A stretch of DNA of 64,000 nt from Bacteroidota bacterium (GTDB lineage Bacteria > Bacteroidota > Ignavibacteria > Palsa-1295). Positions 19,370-29,357 of this stretch are shown here, in pieces. The position numbers and the translations under genes were made by a program. The notes below the pieces were generated by a model. The model was not told where the DNA came from, made no database searches, and saw nothing but the letters and a program-made list of their open reading frames with translations. How positions within the stretch are numbered: the first letter of the stretch is position 1; each line of letters opens with the position of its first letter. The stretch lies in NCBI GenBank assembly GCA_021324685.1, contig JAJPIQ010000008.1, positions 47,343 through 111,342 of the forward strand, written 5' to 3'.

Positions 19370-21544
19370 TTGAAGCAACTCCTCCAATCGCTCCGTTCTG
19401 GTGACATTCATATCAAGGACGTTCCTTCGCCGACGGGACCGAAACGCGCGGGCGTGCTGGTACGCGTCCACGCCAGCCTGATTTCCGCAGGGACCGAAAA
19501 AATGAAGGTCGACCTGGCGCGGGCATCCCTGCTCGAAAAAGCTCGTCAACGGCCGGACGATGTAAAGAAAGTTCTTGCCGAAGTCAAACAACAGGGCTTT
19601 TGGGCGACCTGGCAGCGCGTCATGCGCAAGCTCGACACACCCGGGCCGCTCGGGTATTCCTGCGCCGGCGAAGTCCTTGCCGTGAGCGAAGACGTCGACG
19701 ATCTAAAACCGGGCGATCGGGTCGCCTGCGGCGGGCAGGGAGCGTCTCACTCCGAAGTGGTGAGCGTGCTTCGGAACCTTTGCGTAAAACTTCCCGATTC
19801 GGTTCCCTACGAGGAAGCCTGCTATACGACGCTCGGCGCGATCGCGATGCAGGGGCTACGGCAGGCGAATGTGACCTTCGGCGAATCGGTCGTCGTCATC
19901 GGGCTTGGTCTCGTGGGCCAGCTCGCGTGTGCGATCTCGAAAGCGGCCGGGTGCGTGACGATCGGCGTCGACCTGGACGATCATCATGTCGAAATTGCGC
20001 GCGCCCATACGGCGACGCATGCCTTCAACCGGAACCATCCGAGTCTAGTCGAAACGATTAAATCGCTCACGCACGGGTTTGGCGCCGATGCCGTCATTAT
20101 TTGCGCCGCGACAAGTTCCAACGATCCCATCGTGTTTTCGGCCGAGATCGCGCGGGACCGCGCCCGCATCATTATGGTCGGCGTGAGCCAGATGGACCTC
20201 CCGCGCGATGTTTATTTCCAGAAAGAATTAGAGTTCCGGCTTTCGCGCTCGTATGGACCCGGACGTTACGATGCGTCCTATGAAGAACGCGGCATCGACT
20301 ATCCGATCGGGTATGTCCGCTGGACCGAACGGCGCAACATGCAGGAGTTCGTTCGGCTGCTGGCGGAGAAAAAGATCGATCCCAACGCGATCACCACTCA
20401 TTCGTTCCCTATCGACCAGGCGGCCGATGCGTATGCGATCATCGCCGGCGAGCGAAAAGAGCGCTATCTGGGAATGGTCTTAACGTATCCCGAGGGGGAC
20501 GACAGCGGTCTCAAAACCAGCGCAGGGGATCGTTATCGCGGCGTAGGAAATCGACCGGCCCCGGTCGCACCATCGGGGCAGATCGCCGCCGGCTTCATTG
20601 GCGCCGGAAATTTTGCTCAGGGATTTTTACTTCCCACCCTGAAAGACCACGCGAAGCTGGTCGCGGTCGCAAATCAATCCGGAGCGAGTGCCGAAGATGC
20701 AAAAACAAAGTTTGGCTTCGATCGAACATCGACGAATCCGGAGGACATTATTCACGCTCCGGATATCGACACGGTCTTCATCGCAACGCGCCATGGCGAT
20801 CATGCCCGGCTTGTGACCGAGGCGTTGAAGGCCGGTAAGAATGTTTTTGTCGAAAAACCGCTCGCGCTCCATAAAGAAGAACTGAGCGACGTTGCCCGGA
20901 CCTATGATGCTTCGGGTAGGAAATTGCTCGTCGGTTTTAACCGCCGGTTTTCTCCACTTGTCAAAAAGACGAAAGATTTTTTTGGCGACGCTGCTCCCAA
21001 AATGATGTTTTATCGGGTCAACGCCGGGCCTTTGCCGCGCTCGCACTGGACGCAGGACGAACAGGAGGGCGGCGGACGCATTATCGGCGAAGTTTGTCAT
21101 TTTATCGATACGGCTGCTTTTCTAACCGGCGATGCAATGCCACGCAGCGTCTATGCGAAGTCGATTTCGACCGGCCGTGCCGATTCCGTAGACCGCGATA
21201 CCGTCTCGATCACCGTCGATTATGAGGACGGGAGCCTCTTGGAGATTTTCTATGTTGCCAACGGAAGCCGGTCGCTTCCCAAGGAGGAGTTGCAGGTCTT
21301 CTCGAACGGGCGAACGGCAATACTCAAAAATTTTACCGAACTCGAGCTCTGGTCGAGCGGCGCCAAACCTGCGACCCATAAAGGCTCCGGGAAAGGACAC
21401 GCCGAAGAAGTACAAGCGTTTCTGAAATCGCTGGCTTCGGGTAGTGAAGCTCCCATCCCGTTCGACTCGATCCTTGCGACAACGCTCGTGACGTTTGCTG
21501 CCCGCGAATCGCTCGCGTCTGGAGAACCGGTGAGATTTGAGTAA
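19370..21544 (+). CDS. Bi-domain oxidoreductase: N-terminal zinc-type alcohol dehydrogenase (MDR) domain fused to a C-terminal Gfo/Idh/MocA NAD-binding oxidoreductase
   Basis: ORF-track frame 19238..21544; the likely start is TTG at 19370 (MKQLLQSLRSGDIHIKDVPSPTGPKRAGVLVRVHASLISAGTE, MDR-like). C-terminal half has GFIGAGNFAQGFLLPTL and other Gfo/Idh/MocA motifs. Confidence 0.75.
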   Translation: MKQLLQSLRSGDIHIKDVPSPTGPKRAGVLVRVHASLISAGTEKMKVDLARASLLEKARQRPDDVKKVLAEVKQQGFWATWQRVMRKLDTPGPLGYSCAGEVLAVSEDVDDLKPGDRVACGGQGASHSEVVSVLRNLCVKLPDSVPYEEACYTTLGAIAMQGLRQANVTFGESVVVIGLGLVGQLACAISKAAGCVTIGVDLDDHHVEIARAHTATHAFNRNHPSLVETIKSLTHGFGADAVIICAATSSNDPIVFSAEIARDRARIIMVGVSQMDLPRDVYFQKELEFRLSRSYGPGRYDASYEERGIDYPIGYVRWTERRNMQEFVRLLAEKKIDPNAITTHSFPIDQAADAYAIIAGERKERYLGMVLTYPEGDDSGLKTSAGDRYRGVGNRPAPVAPSGQIAAGFIGAGNFAQGFLLPTLKDHAKLVAVANQSGASAEDAKTKFGFDRTSTNPEDIIHAPDIDTVFIATRHGDHARLVTEALKAGKNVFVEKPLALHKEELSDVARTYDASGRKLLVGFNRRFSPLVKKTKDFFGDAAPKMMFYRVNAGPLPRSHWTQDEQEGGGRIIGEVCHFIDTAAFLTGDAMPRSVYAKSISTGRADSVDRDTVSITVDYEDGSLLEIFYVANGSRSLPKEELQVFSNGRTAILKNFTELELWSSGAKPATHKGSGKGHAEEVQAFLKSLASGSEAPIPFDSILATTLVTFAARESLASGEPVRFE

Positions 21545-21574
21545 GAGCCGGCCGTTTTAACAACTAACAGGTTA

Positions 21575-22444
21575 TTGCCGACCATGTGTCGTAAGCTCGT
21601 CCTTGGGTTTCTCTTTTTCGCTCCGTTTTTTACAAACGTTGCACGTTCGCAGTATTCCTTAGGCGCGATGCCGGATACCGGCAGTTTCCAGCCTTCGGCC
21701 GATTCGCTACGACGGTACGATTCGGTATATCGGGCGCGCAAGGCACAGCTCGATCAATGGATCCATACGCAGCGAAGCGCTGCCCACCCTCAGTCCGATT
21801 TTATCAGCCTGTATGTCGCATACGACGGTTATGTCCAGATCCTTCCGCGCGACCTGAATCAATTTTTTTCCGAACGCGTCCTGCGGCCGGACCCGATCTC
21901 GGACCGCGATGAATACGGTACGGTCGATCGCGGAATTATCGTAGGAATGCAGGCCCAGCTCGCGCAGTCCTGGGGAATTTTTCTTGAGTACGATCTCGTG
22001 GCAAAATGGGCCAACACGATCGTCGATAGTACGAGCGCGATCACCGGAGCGCAGGAAGAGCTGGACCTCACCGAGCATAGCCTGATCGTGGGCGGCATGT
22101 ACGTGATCTATAGCGGACCCTGGTACCGCCTGCGTGCGACCGGCGGCTTTGGCGGCGTGCTCGCGCTCACGCACGAGACCGAATCCCCGGGGAGTTATTC
22201 CCGCTCGGCCTCGGCCGAAGGATATCAGATCAACTTCGACCTGCTGAACGATCTTCGCTTTACACAAAGCGCGAGCTTCACGATCGACCTGCTCACCCGC
22301 TCCGTTACGACGGGCGAACTGAAAACGTCCTCCGGCCAAACGCTGGACGCGCCGTTCGGCAAACGGACGGCAACACTCTCGCTGAAACCGACCGCCTCGA
22401 ATGTGATGTATGGCGCCGCGGCCGGCTTTGTGTTCTATTTTTAA
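21575..22444 (+). CDS. Hypothetical outer-membrane beta-barrel-like protein
   Basis: 289 aa. Signal peptide MCRKLVLGFLFFAPFFTNVARSQ. Alternating hydrophobic pattern; C-terminus ...GFVFYF ends in an aromatic residue. Confidence 0.5.
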   Translation: MPTMCRKLVLGFLFFAPFFTNVARSQYSLGAMPDTGSFQPSADSLRRYDSVYRARKAQLDQWIHTQRSAAHPQSDFISLYVAYDGYVQILPRDLNQFFSERVLRPDPISDRDEYGTVDRGIIVGMQAQLAQSWGIFLEYDLVAKWANTIVDSTSAITGAQEELDLTEHSLIVGGMYVIYSGPWYRLRATGGFGGVLALTHETESPGSYSRSASAEGYQINFDLLNDLRFTQSASFTIDLLTRSVTTGELKTSSGQTLDAPFGKRTATLSLKPTASNVMYGAAAGFVFYF

Positions 22445-22452
22445 GACCTGAA

Positions 22453-23310
22453 ATGCCGGGCCAGGCGTGGTGGAAACAGTTCTATGCGAACGAACGCTCT
22501 GGCCTTGGCCGCACGGGCCTCGAACGCCTCTTTGATGGCGCTCCGCGTATTTCCGTTCCCACCGATGGCGCGCTCGTCTTTCCGCATACTCGGTTGTCTT
22601 CTTCCGGAGCACTGATTGCGGCCGCGGCTCGCGCCGTCATAGAATCGCACAGCGATACCGTTCTCGTGCTTGGAGTCCTGCACGCCCGTGAGCATCGAAA
22701 CAATAGTTCTCTGAAAGGCATCCACGGCCCGGGCACCGCGTTCGGGCCGAACCTATGGCAGAACGAATTTTCGCTCGACCATTTCAAATCGCTGCTGACG
22801 CTCGCCTCGGAACTTTATGGAACAAGGATGCCGAACGTCATCGAACGCTATCCGTTTTTAACAGGGACCGACCCGGAAGCACTGGCCGGATTTTCGGAAT
22901 TGCGGACCGTTCGCGAAAACGGCGCAGCATTGGTCGCTACGGCGGACATGGTCCATCACGGCATTGGATATGGAACGGCACCAGCGGACGCCCGTGAACC
23001 CGAACGCGATGAGACCGATGAATGGGTGCGGGAACACATCGAGCGCTCACTTGAGGTGCTGTTTGCGCGCGATTGTAAAAGCTTTCTGGAGCGCTGCGAC
23101 GTTATGCAGTCCGATTTTCGCGATGCGGGTCCTGTACTGGCGGCACTCCTCGAAAAGAAGATTCCCTTCCAGGTTTCCGCACTGCGCCTCGTCGATTATT
23201 CGGACGTTCTCGAAACGCCACCGCCGACATGGGTTGCAGGAGCGCTCGTCGAGTGCAACCCCATTCGCGAGTGCAACACCATTGTCGAGAGCAACCCCAT
23301 TATTGTTTGA
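22453..23310 (+). CDS. Hypothetical protein (possible Memo/LigB-like fold), with three tandem hexapeptide repeats at the C-terminus
   Basis: 285 aa. HTRLSSSGALIAAAARAV...TVLVLGVLHA...MVHHGIGYG are weak Memo/class III dioxygenase-like cues. C-terminal ECNPIR-ECNTIV-ESNPII is encoded by 3 x 18-bp tandem repeats at 23250-23303. Confidence 0.5.
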   Translation: MPGQAWWKQFYANERSGLGRTGLERLFDGAPRISVPTDGALVFPHTRLSSSGALIAAAARAVIESHSDTVLVLGVLHAREHRNNSSLKGIHGPGTAFGPNLWQNEFSLDHFKSLLTLASELYGTRMPNVIERYPFLTGTDPEALAGFSELRTVRENGAALVATADMVHHGIGYGTAPADAREPERDETDEWVREHIERSLEVLFARDCKSFLERCDVMQSDFRDAGPVLAALLEKKIPFQVSALRLVDYSDVLETPPPTWVAGALVECNPIRECNTIVESNPIIV

Positions 23311-24145
23311 CCACCATGCGTACAGCTTGTACGCGATCGCTCATGCGAAGGACGCACTCGTACACTCCCGCCGGCAGTCCTTCGGCGCTCCAGGTGACGC
23401 GGTGCTCGCCGGGCGACAGGTTCCCGGAATAGACGTTCCCAACGGTAACCCCCAATGGGTTGACAATACAAATTTCTGCCGGACCTTCCACGTCCGTCGT
23501 AACATCGATCGAGGTCGATAGAAAAAACGGATCGGGAGATATACGAAGGGCGACAGGTTGAATAGAAGGCGTTGTAATACCACTCGTCGGGCGGAGCCGA
23601 ACGAGAGAGATATCATTCACGAACGTATGCCAAAACGCGATCTCGGATCCGCCGCCATCGAGCTGCAATCGCAGGGTATCGTTCGGGCTTAGGGTCAGGG
23701 TGTCCGTCAATATGTAATTCCGCCAAACGGTATCGTTAATGACTCCACGATCAGGAGGGTAGAGCGAATACGTGGAATCGCTCTGCATCAATGCGAACCA
23801 TCCATTGCTTCCCGGGGAGGTGCTCCGGCCCCATAGAGAGACGTGATAGATACCGCTCGGGAGCCCGATGAACTCGCGGACGACATTCGTTCCTCCGAAC
23901 ACCCATCCGGGTTCGAGGGATACGGACCATGCGGCCTTCGAGCCGGGCGGCACATCGGGAACGAAATGCTGCGTGTCCGAAGCGCCCATCGGAGTCAGGG
24001 TCCACCCGTCCAGCCAGGGCGTACCGCTGCTATCGAAGACAAAATCGTTCACGAGTACCGAATCGACGACCGGCGTGGACGATCGTGCGGAGGTACACGC
24101 GAAAAGTATCACGAATACTGTAGCAAACGGGAAGACTCTTTTCAT
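23300..24145 (-). CDS. Secreted protein with a T9SS C-terminal sorting domain
   Basis: 281 aa. Signal peptide MKRVFPFATVFVILFACTSARS. C-terminal ~80 aa (...ICIVNPLGVTVGNVYSGNLSPGEHRVTWSAEGLPAGVYECVLRMSDRVQAVRMVVKQ) matches the T9SS type-A CTD pattern. Confidence 0.7.
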   Translation of the reverse strand: MKRVFPFATVFVILFACTSARSSTPVVDSVLVNDFVFDSSGTPWLDGWTLTPMGASDTQHFVPDVPPGSKAAWSVSLEPGWVFGGTNVVREFIGLPSGIYHVSLWGRSTSPGSNGWFALMQSDSTYSLYPPDRGVINDTVWRNYILTDTLTLSPNDTLRLQLDGGGSEIAFWHTFVNDISLVRLRPTSGITTPSIQPVALRISPDPFFLSTSIDVTTDVEGPAEICIVNPLGVTVGNVYSGNLSPGEHRVTWSAEGLPAGVYECVLRMSDRVQAVRMVVKQ

Positions 24146-24262
24146 ATTACCTCCAGAGATGGTACAACACGGCGCAGAGCGAGAAGTTACATGTCGGGGT
24201 GGCGTACGTATGAATGCGCCTTTTGTGCGGCAAGAACGGTCTTTCTTCCGTAAATTTGCAAT

Positions 24263-25267
24263 ATGAAACTGGTCACCTATTTATCGCACACATCGGTGGA
24301 CGACCACGACGCACCACGGCTCGGCCTTCTTCTGTTAGGCGGTCCATCGGGCGATGAGGTCATCGATCTCGAAACCGCAAGCAGCGAGCTGGCGACGCCG
24401 CTCCCGCACGATATCCTTCCCTTTTTGCATTTGGGCGAACCGGCCATGCTCGCCGCGCGTAAAGTCGAAACATCGGCACAGGAGCATGCACACCTGTTTC
24501 GGGACAAGAACGCGCGCCTTCCGCGTACGAGCGTAACCCTCCTCGCGCCGGTTCCCAGGCCCGCTTCGATGCGCGATGGATATGCGTTCCGGCAGCATGT
24601 GGAAGCGGCACGAAGGAACCGGGGAGTGGAAATGATTCCCGAATTCGACCAGTTCCCGGTCTTTTACTTTACGAACCATCAGGCCGTGATCGGTCCGGGG
24701 CCGATGGAAGTGATGCCGGAGCATTTGAACCGATTGGATTACGAACTCGAAGCGGCGATCGTCATCGGCAAAGAGGGACGCACGATTAAAGCGGCCGATG
24801 CAGACGGGTACATCGCCGGCTATACGATCATGAACGATTGGTCCGCGCGCGCGCTGCAAATGGAAGAGATGAAGCTTTCGCTCGGCCCCGCAAAAGGGAA
24901 GGATTTCGCGACGGCGATCGGGCCCTGGCTCGTCACGAAGGACGAATTAGCGAACAAGCGGATCCCTTCCGAGCAGGGAGAGCGCTACGATCTCACGATG
25001 ACGGCCAGCCTGAACGGAAAAGAGTTGAGCCGCGGAAACCTGAAGGACATGACGTGGACCTTCGCCCAGATCATCGAGCGTGCCAGTTATGGCGTGACAC
25101 TCTATCCCGGCGATGTCATTGGTTCCGGAACCGTCGGCACCGGCTGCCTTTTAGAACTCAACGGATCGAAGGTCACCGATAATCTTTGGGTCAAGGCGGG
25201 CGATACGGTGACGTGCGCGATCGACTTGCTCGGCGAACTCACGAATACCGTCGTGCTCGCACGATGA
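24263..25267 (+). CDS. Fumarylacetoacetate hydrolase (FAH) family protein
   Basis: 334 aa. DYELEAAIVIGKEG...GYTIMNDWSARALQ...GDVIGSGTVG are FAH-family motifs. Confidence 0.8.
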   Translation: MKLVTYLSHTSVDDHDAPRLGLLLLGGPSGDEVIDLETASSELATPLPHDILPFLHLGEPAMLAARKVETSAQEHAHLFRDKNARLPRTSVTLLAPVPRPASMRDGYAFRQHVEAARRNRGVEMIPEFDQFPVFYFTNHQAVIGPGPMEVMPEHLNRLDYELEAAIVIGKEGRTIKAADADGYIAGYTIMNDWSARALQMEEMKLSLGPAKGKDFATAIGPWLVTKDELANKRIPSEQGERYDLTMTASLNGKELSRGNLKDMTWTFAQIIERASYGVTLYPGDVIGSGTVGTGCLLELNGSKVTDNLWVKAGDTVTCAIDLLGELTNTVVLAR

Positions 25268-26178
25268 GCGTCCCGTGCCTGTCGTCGCGGAATGGCGGAA
25301 TAGCCGTCCTTGCCGCCGCTCTGCTCTGGAGCACTGGAGGCCTCTTTATCAAAGAAGTGACGCTCGATGCGTGGGGCGTCTCCTTCTGGCGCAGCACGTT
25401 TGCCGGCATCACCATTTTTGCGATTTACCGCTCGATGCAGCGGCAGACCGGATTGGGAACTCTTCGCGAATGGTGCTCGCCGCTGGTCCTGCTCGGAGCG
25501 TTCTTTTATGCCTTAATGCTCGTGGTCTTTGTATTGGCGACAAAGCTGACGACGAGTGCGAACGCTATTTTTCTCGAGTATACGGCGCCGATCTATGTGC
25601 TCTTTATCGAGCCGCTGCTCTCGCACACGCGGATGAAACGGAGCGACCTTGCGACCGTCCTGATTTCGACCGCCGCCATGGCCCTTTTCTTCATCGGCAA
25701 ATTCCAAGTGCGCAGCTTTTGGGGTAATGTGGCGGCCCTGGTGAGCGGCATGGCCTTCGCGGCGTACGCACTGACGCTCAAGCACCAGCATGCAACGATC
25801 GCAAGCCGATGGCAGGGCGTGATCCTCGGCCATGCCGCGATCGCCATCGTTATGGCGATCGTCGCTGCGAGCGGAGGAACCACGCTCGCACTCTCTGGGA
25901 ACGATCTATGGCGACTGCTTTTCCTGGGCATCCTGCAGATCGGCGTCGCCTACTCGCTTTTCACCTATGGCATATCGCACATCCGGGCGATCGACGCAAC
26001 GCTGATCGCGATGGTCGAACCGGTACTGAACCCGATCTGGGTATTTCTGGGTATCGGCGAACGTCCGGCGAATTTTGCGATCGTGGGCGGACTCATGATC
26101 CTGACGGTCTCGATCGTTCGGACCGTCCGTGGCGCGCGCGAAACGGTGGAGCTCGAATCGGTCCGCTCCGGCGAGTGA
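25264..26178 (+). CDS. EamA/DMT family transporter
   Basis: Internal start MSVPCLSS... within ORF 25186..26178 overlaps the FAH stop (ATGA). ~10 TM helices in two EamA-like halves. Confidence 0.7.
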   Translation: MSVPCLSSRNGGIAVLAAALLWSTGGLFIKEVTLDAWGVSFWRSTFAGITIFAIYRSMQRQTGLGTLREWCSPLVLLGAFFYALMLVVFVLATKLTTSANAIFLEYTAPIYVLFIEPLLSHTRMKRSDLATVLISTAAMALFFIGKFQVRSFWGNVAALVSGMAFAAYALTLKHQHATIASRWQGVILGHAAIAIVMAIVAASGGTTLALSGNDLWRLLFLGILQIGVAYSLFTYGISHIRAIDATLIAMVEPVLNPIWVFLGIGERPANFAIVGGLMILTVSIVRTVRGARETVELESVRSGE

Positions 26179-26225
26179 TCGTTCGTTATGCGAGGGGAAT
26201 GCAGTACGGTTTCGTCATGGCAGCT

Positions 26226-27737
26226 TTAGCGGTGATGAAAGCCCTGATATTCAAGCGAGAGCAGGCGGTCGATCAGGGCTTTGCGTGCTTCCGCATTTCC
26301 GCGACAATCGATATATTGCAGGTCGGCCGATTCCTTGAGCGGGACGCCCGGCGGCAGGGCACTATCGATAAAAGTTCTTGCAAACGATTTTTCAAAGAGC
26401 CCTGCAAGGTACGGCCGCTCCGGTAATGGGCGCGCAAAGGCGGTATCGAGCAGGCCATTGATGCGCACACGGTTGATCGGCACGCCATAGAACCAGCCAA
26501 AGTGGCCTTGCGGGAACAACGCGCCGAGCGTTGCGCCATCGAACCACTCATCGGTCCCGCCATTCAAGAGGACAAGCGTGGAATCGATCTGCTCCTGAAG
26601 AATAATGGCTCGCGCCTGGGATTCTCCCGACCGCTGCGCAAGCAGCGCCTGATCGCTGAAGAGATCGAACGCGCCATAGTAAGAGAATGCGATAGGATCG
26701 TTTCGCTCGGTGCGGCTGCGGTCCGAAAGTGCGATTTGGGGATCGAGCGGGATGGCCGGAAGCAAAAAGAAAAGGAGCAGATTGAACGCGATATAAATCA
26801 TTCCAAACCGTTCCCATTTTGGTAGCGAGTCCATTGCGACGAGGATAAGGCAGGGGACCAAAATAGCGGCGTCGTGCAGCATTTCCTCGCGCGAAAAAAG
26901 ATTCGTGATAACGTACACGCCGAGGATCAGGAAGGCGGAAGAAAATTCCCTTCCGAGCCCGCCGCGTTTACGCCGCACCGGGAGTATCAGCAGCAGGTTT
27001 GCCGAAACTGCCGCAACGATCAGGCCTTGCGCAATGAGGCTTACGCCGTGTGGCGGATAAAATGCGGGGTTCATCGCATTCCAGACGTGCGCCCCTCCGA
27101 AATAAAAGATTTCGAGTAACAGATACGATGCAACGCCAACAAGGATCAGCCCGAAGAGCGCAAACGTCGATTTGGAACGGAGGGTATAGACCGTGTGATG
27201 AAGATTGAGGCCTACGGTCAGGACCGAAATAAGCAGCACGAAGGGCCAGAACCCGATCGAAAGGCTGAGCCCCAGAAGGAGCGCGCCGATTTTGTGGTGC
27301 TTTGCTTCGGGACTGGTAAAAAGGTAGAGCAACAGCGTTGCGGCCGTAAGCGTGAGTAGTGGGAGCGAAAACGTGTGCGAAACGTAAAGGACCGTTGCGT
27401 TCGCGGCCATCATCGCTCCGGCGATCGCGGCGCGGCGTTCATCGAAAAGCCGGCGTGCGGTCTGAATGACGAGCAGTACAGAGACCGCCGCGAGCACCGC
27501 TCGAAAGACGAGTAGCGCGCCGATCGCCGTTTGCGTTGCGATGGCAAAGAGGCGTGGGATCCAAAGCCAGTGGACGTGCAGCGCCTCGAAGGTGTCGGGA
27601 TGACCGTACATCCAATGTTCGAGGCTTTGGACCGCGAGCGCACCGGAGCTCGTCCCGATCGAAAGCGGCGGCACGAGCGAAAAAAGTCCCGCGATCACGG
27701 GCAGGATAACGACCGAATATTTATAAAATCGCTCCAC
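26226..27737 (-). CDS. Polytopic membrane protein, probable PMT/ArnT-like (GT39/GT83) glycosyltransferase
   Basis: 503 aa, >10 TM helices, with the general GT-C fold topology. Family assignment is tentative. Confidence 0.5.
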   Translation of the reverse strand: MERFYKYSVVILPVIAGLFSLVPPLSIGTSSGALAVQSLEHWMYGHPDTFEALHVHWLWIPRLFAIATQTAIGALLVFRAVLAAVSVLLVIQTARRLFDERRAAIAGAMMAANATVLYVSHTFSLPLLTLTAATLLLYLFTSPEAKHHKIGALLLGLSLSIGFWPFVLLISVLTVGLNLHHTVYTLRSKSTFALFGLILVGVASYLLLEIFYFGGAHVWNAMNPAFYPPHGVSLIAQGLIVAAVSANLLLILPVRRKRGGLGREFSSAFLILGVYVITNLFSREEMLHDAAILVPCLILVAMDSLPKWERFGMIYIAFNLLLFFLLPAIPLDPQIALSDRSRTERNDPIAFSYYGAFDLFSDQALLAQRSGESQARAIILQEQIDSTLVLLNGGTDEWFDGATLGALFPQGHFGWFYGVPINRVRINGLLDTAFARPLPERPYLAGLFEKSFARTFIDSALPPGVPLKESADLQYIDCRGNAEARKALIDRLLSLEYQGFHHR

Positions 27738-27830
27738 GAAATTTCGTACTTTTGTGCGTAACGTAGTTTTGCGCGTGAAAGGAAACAGGCCTAAACGAAT
27801 GGGGAACGCCTGCCACTCCCCGAAATCTCT

Positions 27831-29282
27831 ATGAAATCTCGCTTTGCCACGCTTGCCAGTATTTGCCTGTGTGCGGCCGCACCGGCGTTTTCACAAGGTT
27901 CCCATCCCACCCATGCCGTAATGGTCATCGAGTGTGACAGCACTCCGAATGGAAGCGTGTTTTATCTCACGCGGTTTCATGCGGCCGGGCTCGAGTACGA
28001 CCGGATCGATTCCGCGCGGAGCAAGGACGACCGCGAAATTCAATTTTCGTTCGTGCCCGACCCTGGGGCCGAATACCAGCTCCAGCTCGGCGATCGCGCG
28101 ATCGAATGGAACTTGTTCTTCAATGGCGGGGACAGTATTGTGATTCGTCACTCGCCCACGCGCACAAAGCTCGCCTTCGATAAGATCGGCGCCAATGCCC
28201 TGTTCCGCGATAGTTCCGGCCGCCCGCGAAGCCAATGGGATTTCCACCACACGATGGGCGAGCGCGACTGGAACGGCATGTGCCAGTACGTCGATGACCA
28301 GGAGCGAAGGATGAAAGCCGGGGAAGCGCGGCTCACCACGGAGTTCCCCAAATATACCGCCGCCGTGAACGCGATCCGGGCGGCCGAAATCCACTGGTAC
28401 CTCGAAGCGCGCGCTTCTTATTTCGACAAATATCTCGCGACGGGCAACGGCATTCCAGGCGAGGAAGAACAGCACTTACGCTTTCTCGATTCGGTGCCGT
28501 GGAACGATGCATCGCTCAAAGTCAGGAACGAACTGGACGATATTGTCACGCAATGGATGAACCTGAAAATGTGGGTGCTCGAGCGAGACCATCCCGATTC
28601 GAACGCCATTGCGTACCAAAACCGGGAGTTTGCGCTGGCGCGCTCGCTTCCGCCGCCCGCCGGCGACGTTGCCGTAATGACGACGCTCGAAGGGCTAAAC
28701 TACATGAAGGTAAAGGATGCCGTCCGGACGGCGGAGGACGAACTGTCGCACTATCGTAGTTCGGCGTCCGATCCTGCGTACGCGGCGAAATTCGAAGGGA
28801 CGCTCGAAAAGCTTCGCAACAAACTTCCCGGCCGTCCCGCGCCGGAATTCTCACTCCCGGATACGAACGGAACCGCGATGTCGCTCCACGACTTTCGTGG
28901 CAAGATCGTGTATCTCGATTTCTGGGGCAATTGGTGCGGCCCCTGTTTGGAAGAAATTCCCGCGCTGAAAAAACTTCAGGAACGCTTTGCCCAGGATACT
29001 TCGGTCGTCTTCGTCGGTATTGCGCTCGAAGCCTCGGAGTCCCGCGCGCAGACGATGGACGCGTGGAAGATGTTCATCGTCAATAAGGAGCTCGGCGGAG
29101 TCCAGCTGTACGCAGACGATCAGTTCCATAACCCATACACCGAGCAGTACGATATTACGAGTGTACCGATCTATATGATCCTGAACCGCGACGGGACCTT
29201 TTTCGATGCCGCCGCCCCGCGCCCCTCCAGTGGGAAAGCCGAAGCCGAGATCCGCGCGGCGCTCACTGGGAACGGCCAGTAA
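27831..29282 (+). CDS. Secreted thioredoxin-fold protein with a TlpA-like thiol:disulfide oxidoreductase domain and a long N-terminal domain
   Basis: 483 aa. Signal peptide. C-terminal LPDTNGTAMSLHDFRGKIVYLDFWGNWCGPCLEEIPALKKL has a WCGPC active site. Confidence 0.75.
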   Translation: MKSRFATLASICLCAAAPAFSQGSHPTHAVMVIECDSTPNGSVFYLTRFHAAGLEYDRIDSARSKDDREIQFSFVPDPGAEYQLQLGDRAIEWNLFFNGGDSIVIRHSPTRTKLAFDKIGANALFRDSSGRPRSQWDFHHTMGERDWNGMCQYVDDQERRMKAGEARLTTEFPKYTAAVNAIRAAEIHWYLEARASYFDKYLATGNGIPGEEEQHLRFLDSVPWNDASLKVRNELDDIVTQWMNLKMWVLERDHPDSNAIAYQNREFALARSLPPPAGDVAVMTTLEGLNYMKVKDAVRTAEDELSHYRSSASDPAYAAKFEGTLEKLRNKLPGRPAPEFSLPDTNGTAMSLHDFRGKIVYLDFWGNWCGPCLEEIPALKKLQERFAQDTSVVFVGIALEASESRAQTMDAWKMFIVNKELGGVQLYADDQFHNPYTEQYDITSVPIYMILNRDGTFFDAAAPRPSSGKAEAEIRAALTGNGQ

Positions 29283-29357
29283 CGATCGCGATCGCAGCTC
29301 AATCTTTCTGAAGGGCTGTTGAAATTTCGAGTCCCGCGAAATGCGTGCGCCGTGTTC

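Noticed and set aside
21707-22612. 301-aa minus-strand ORF
   Set aside because: Antisense to the 21575..22444 OMP gene and to the start of the following gene. Arg/Gly-rich junk composition.
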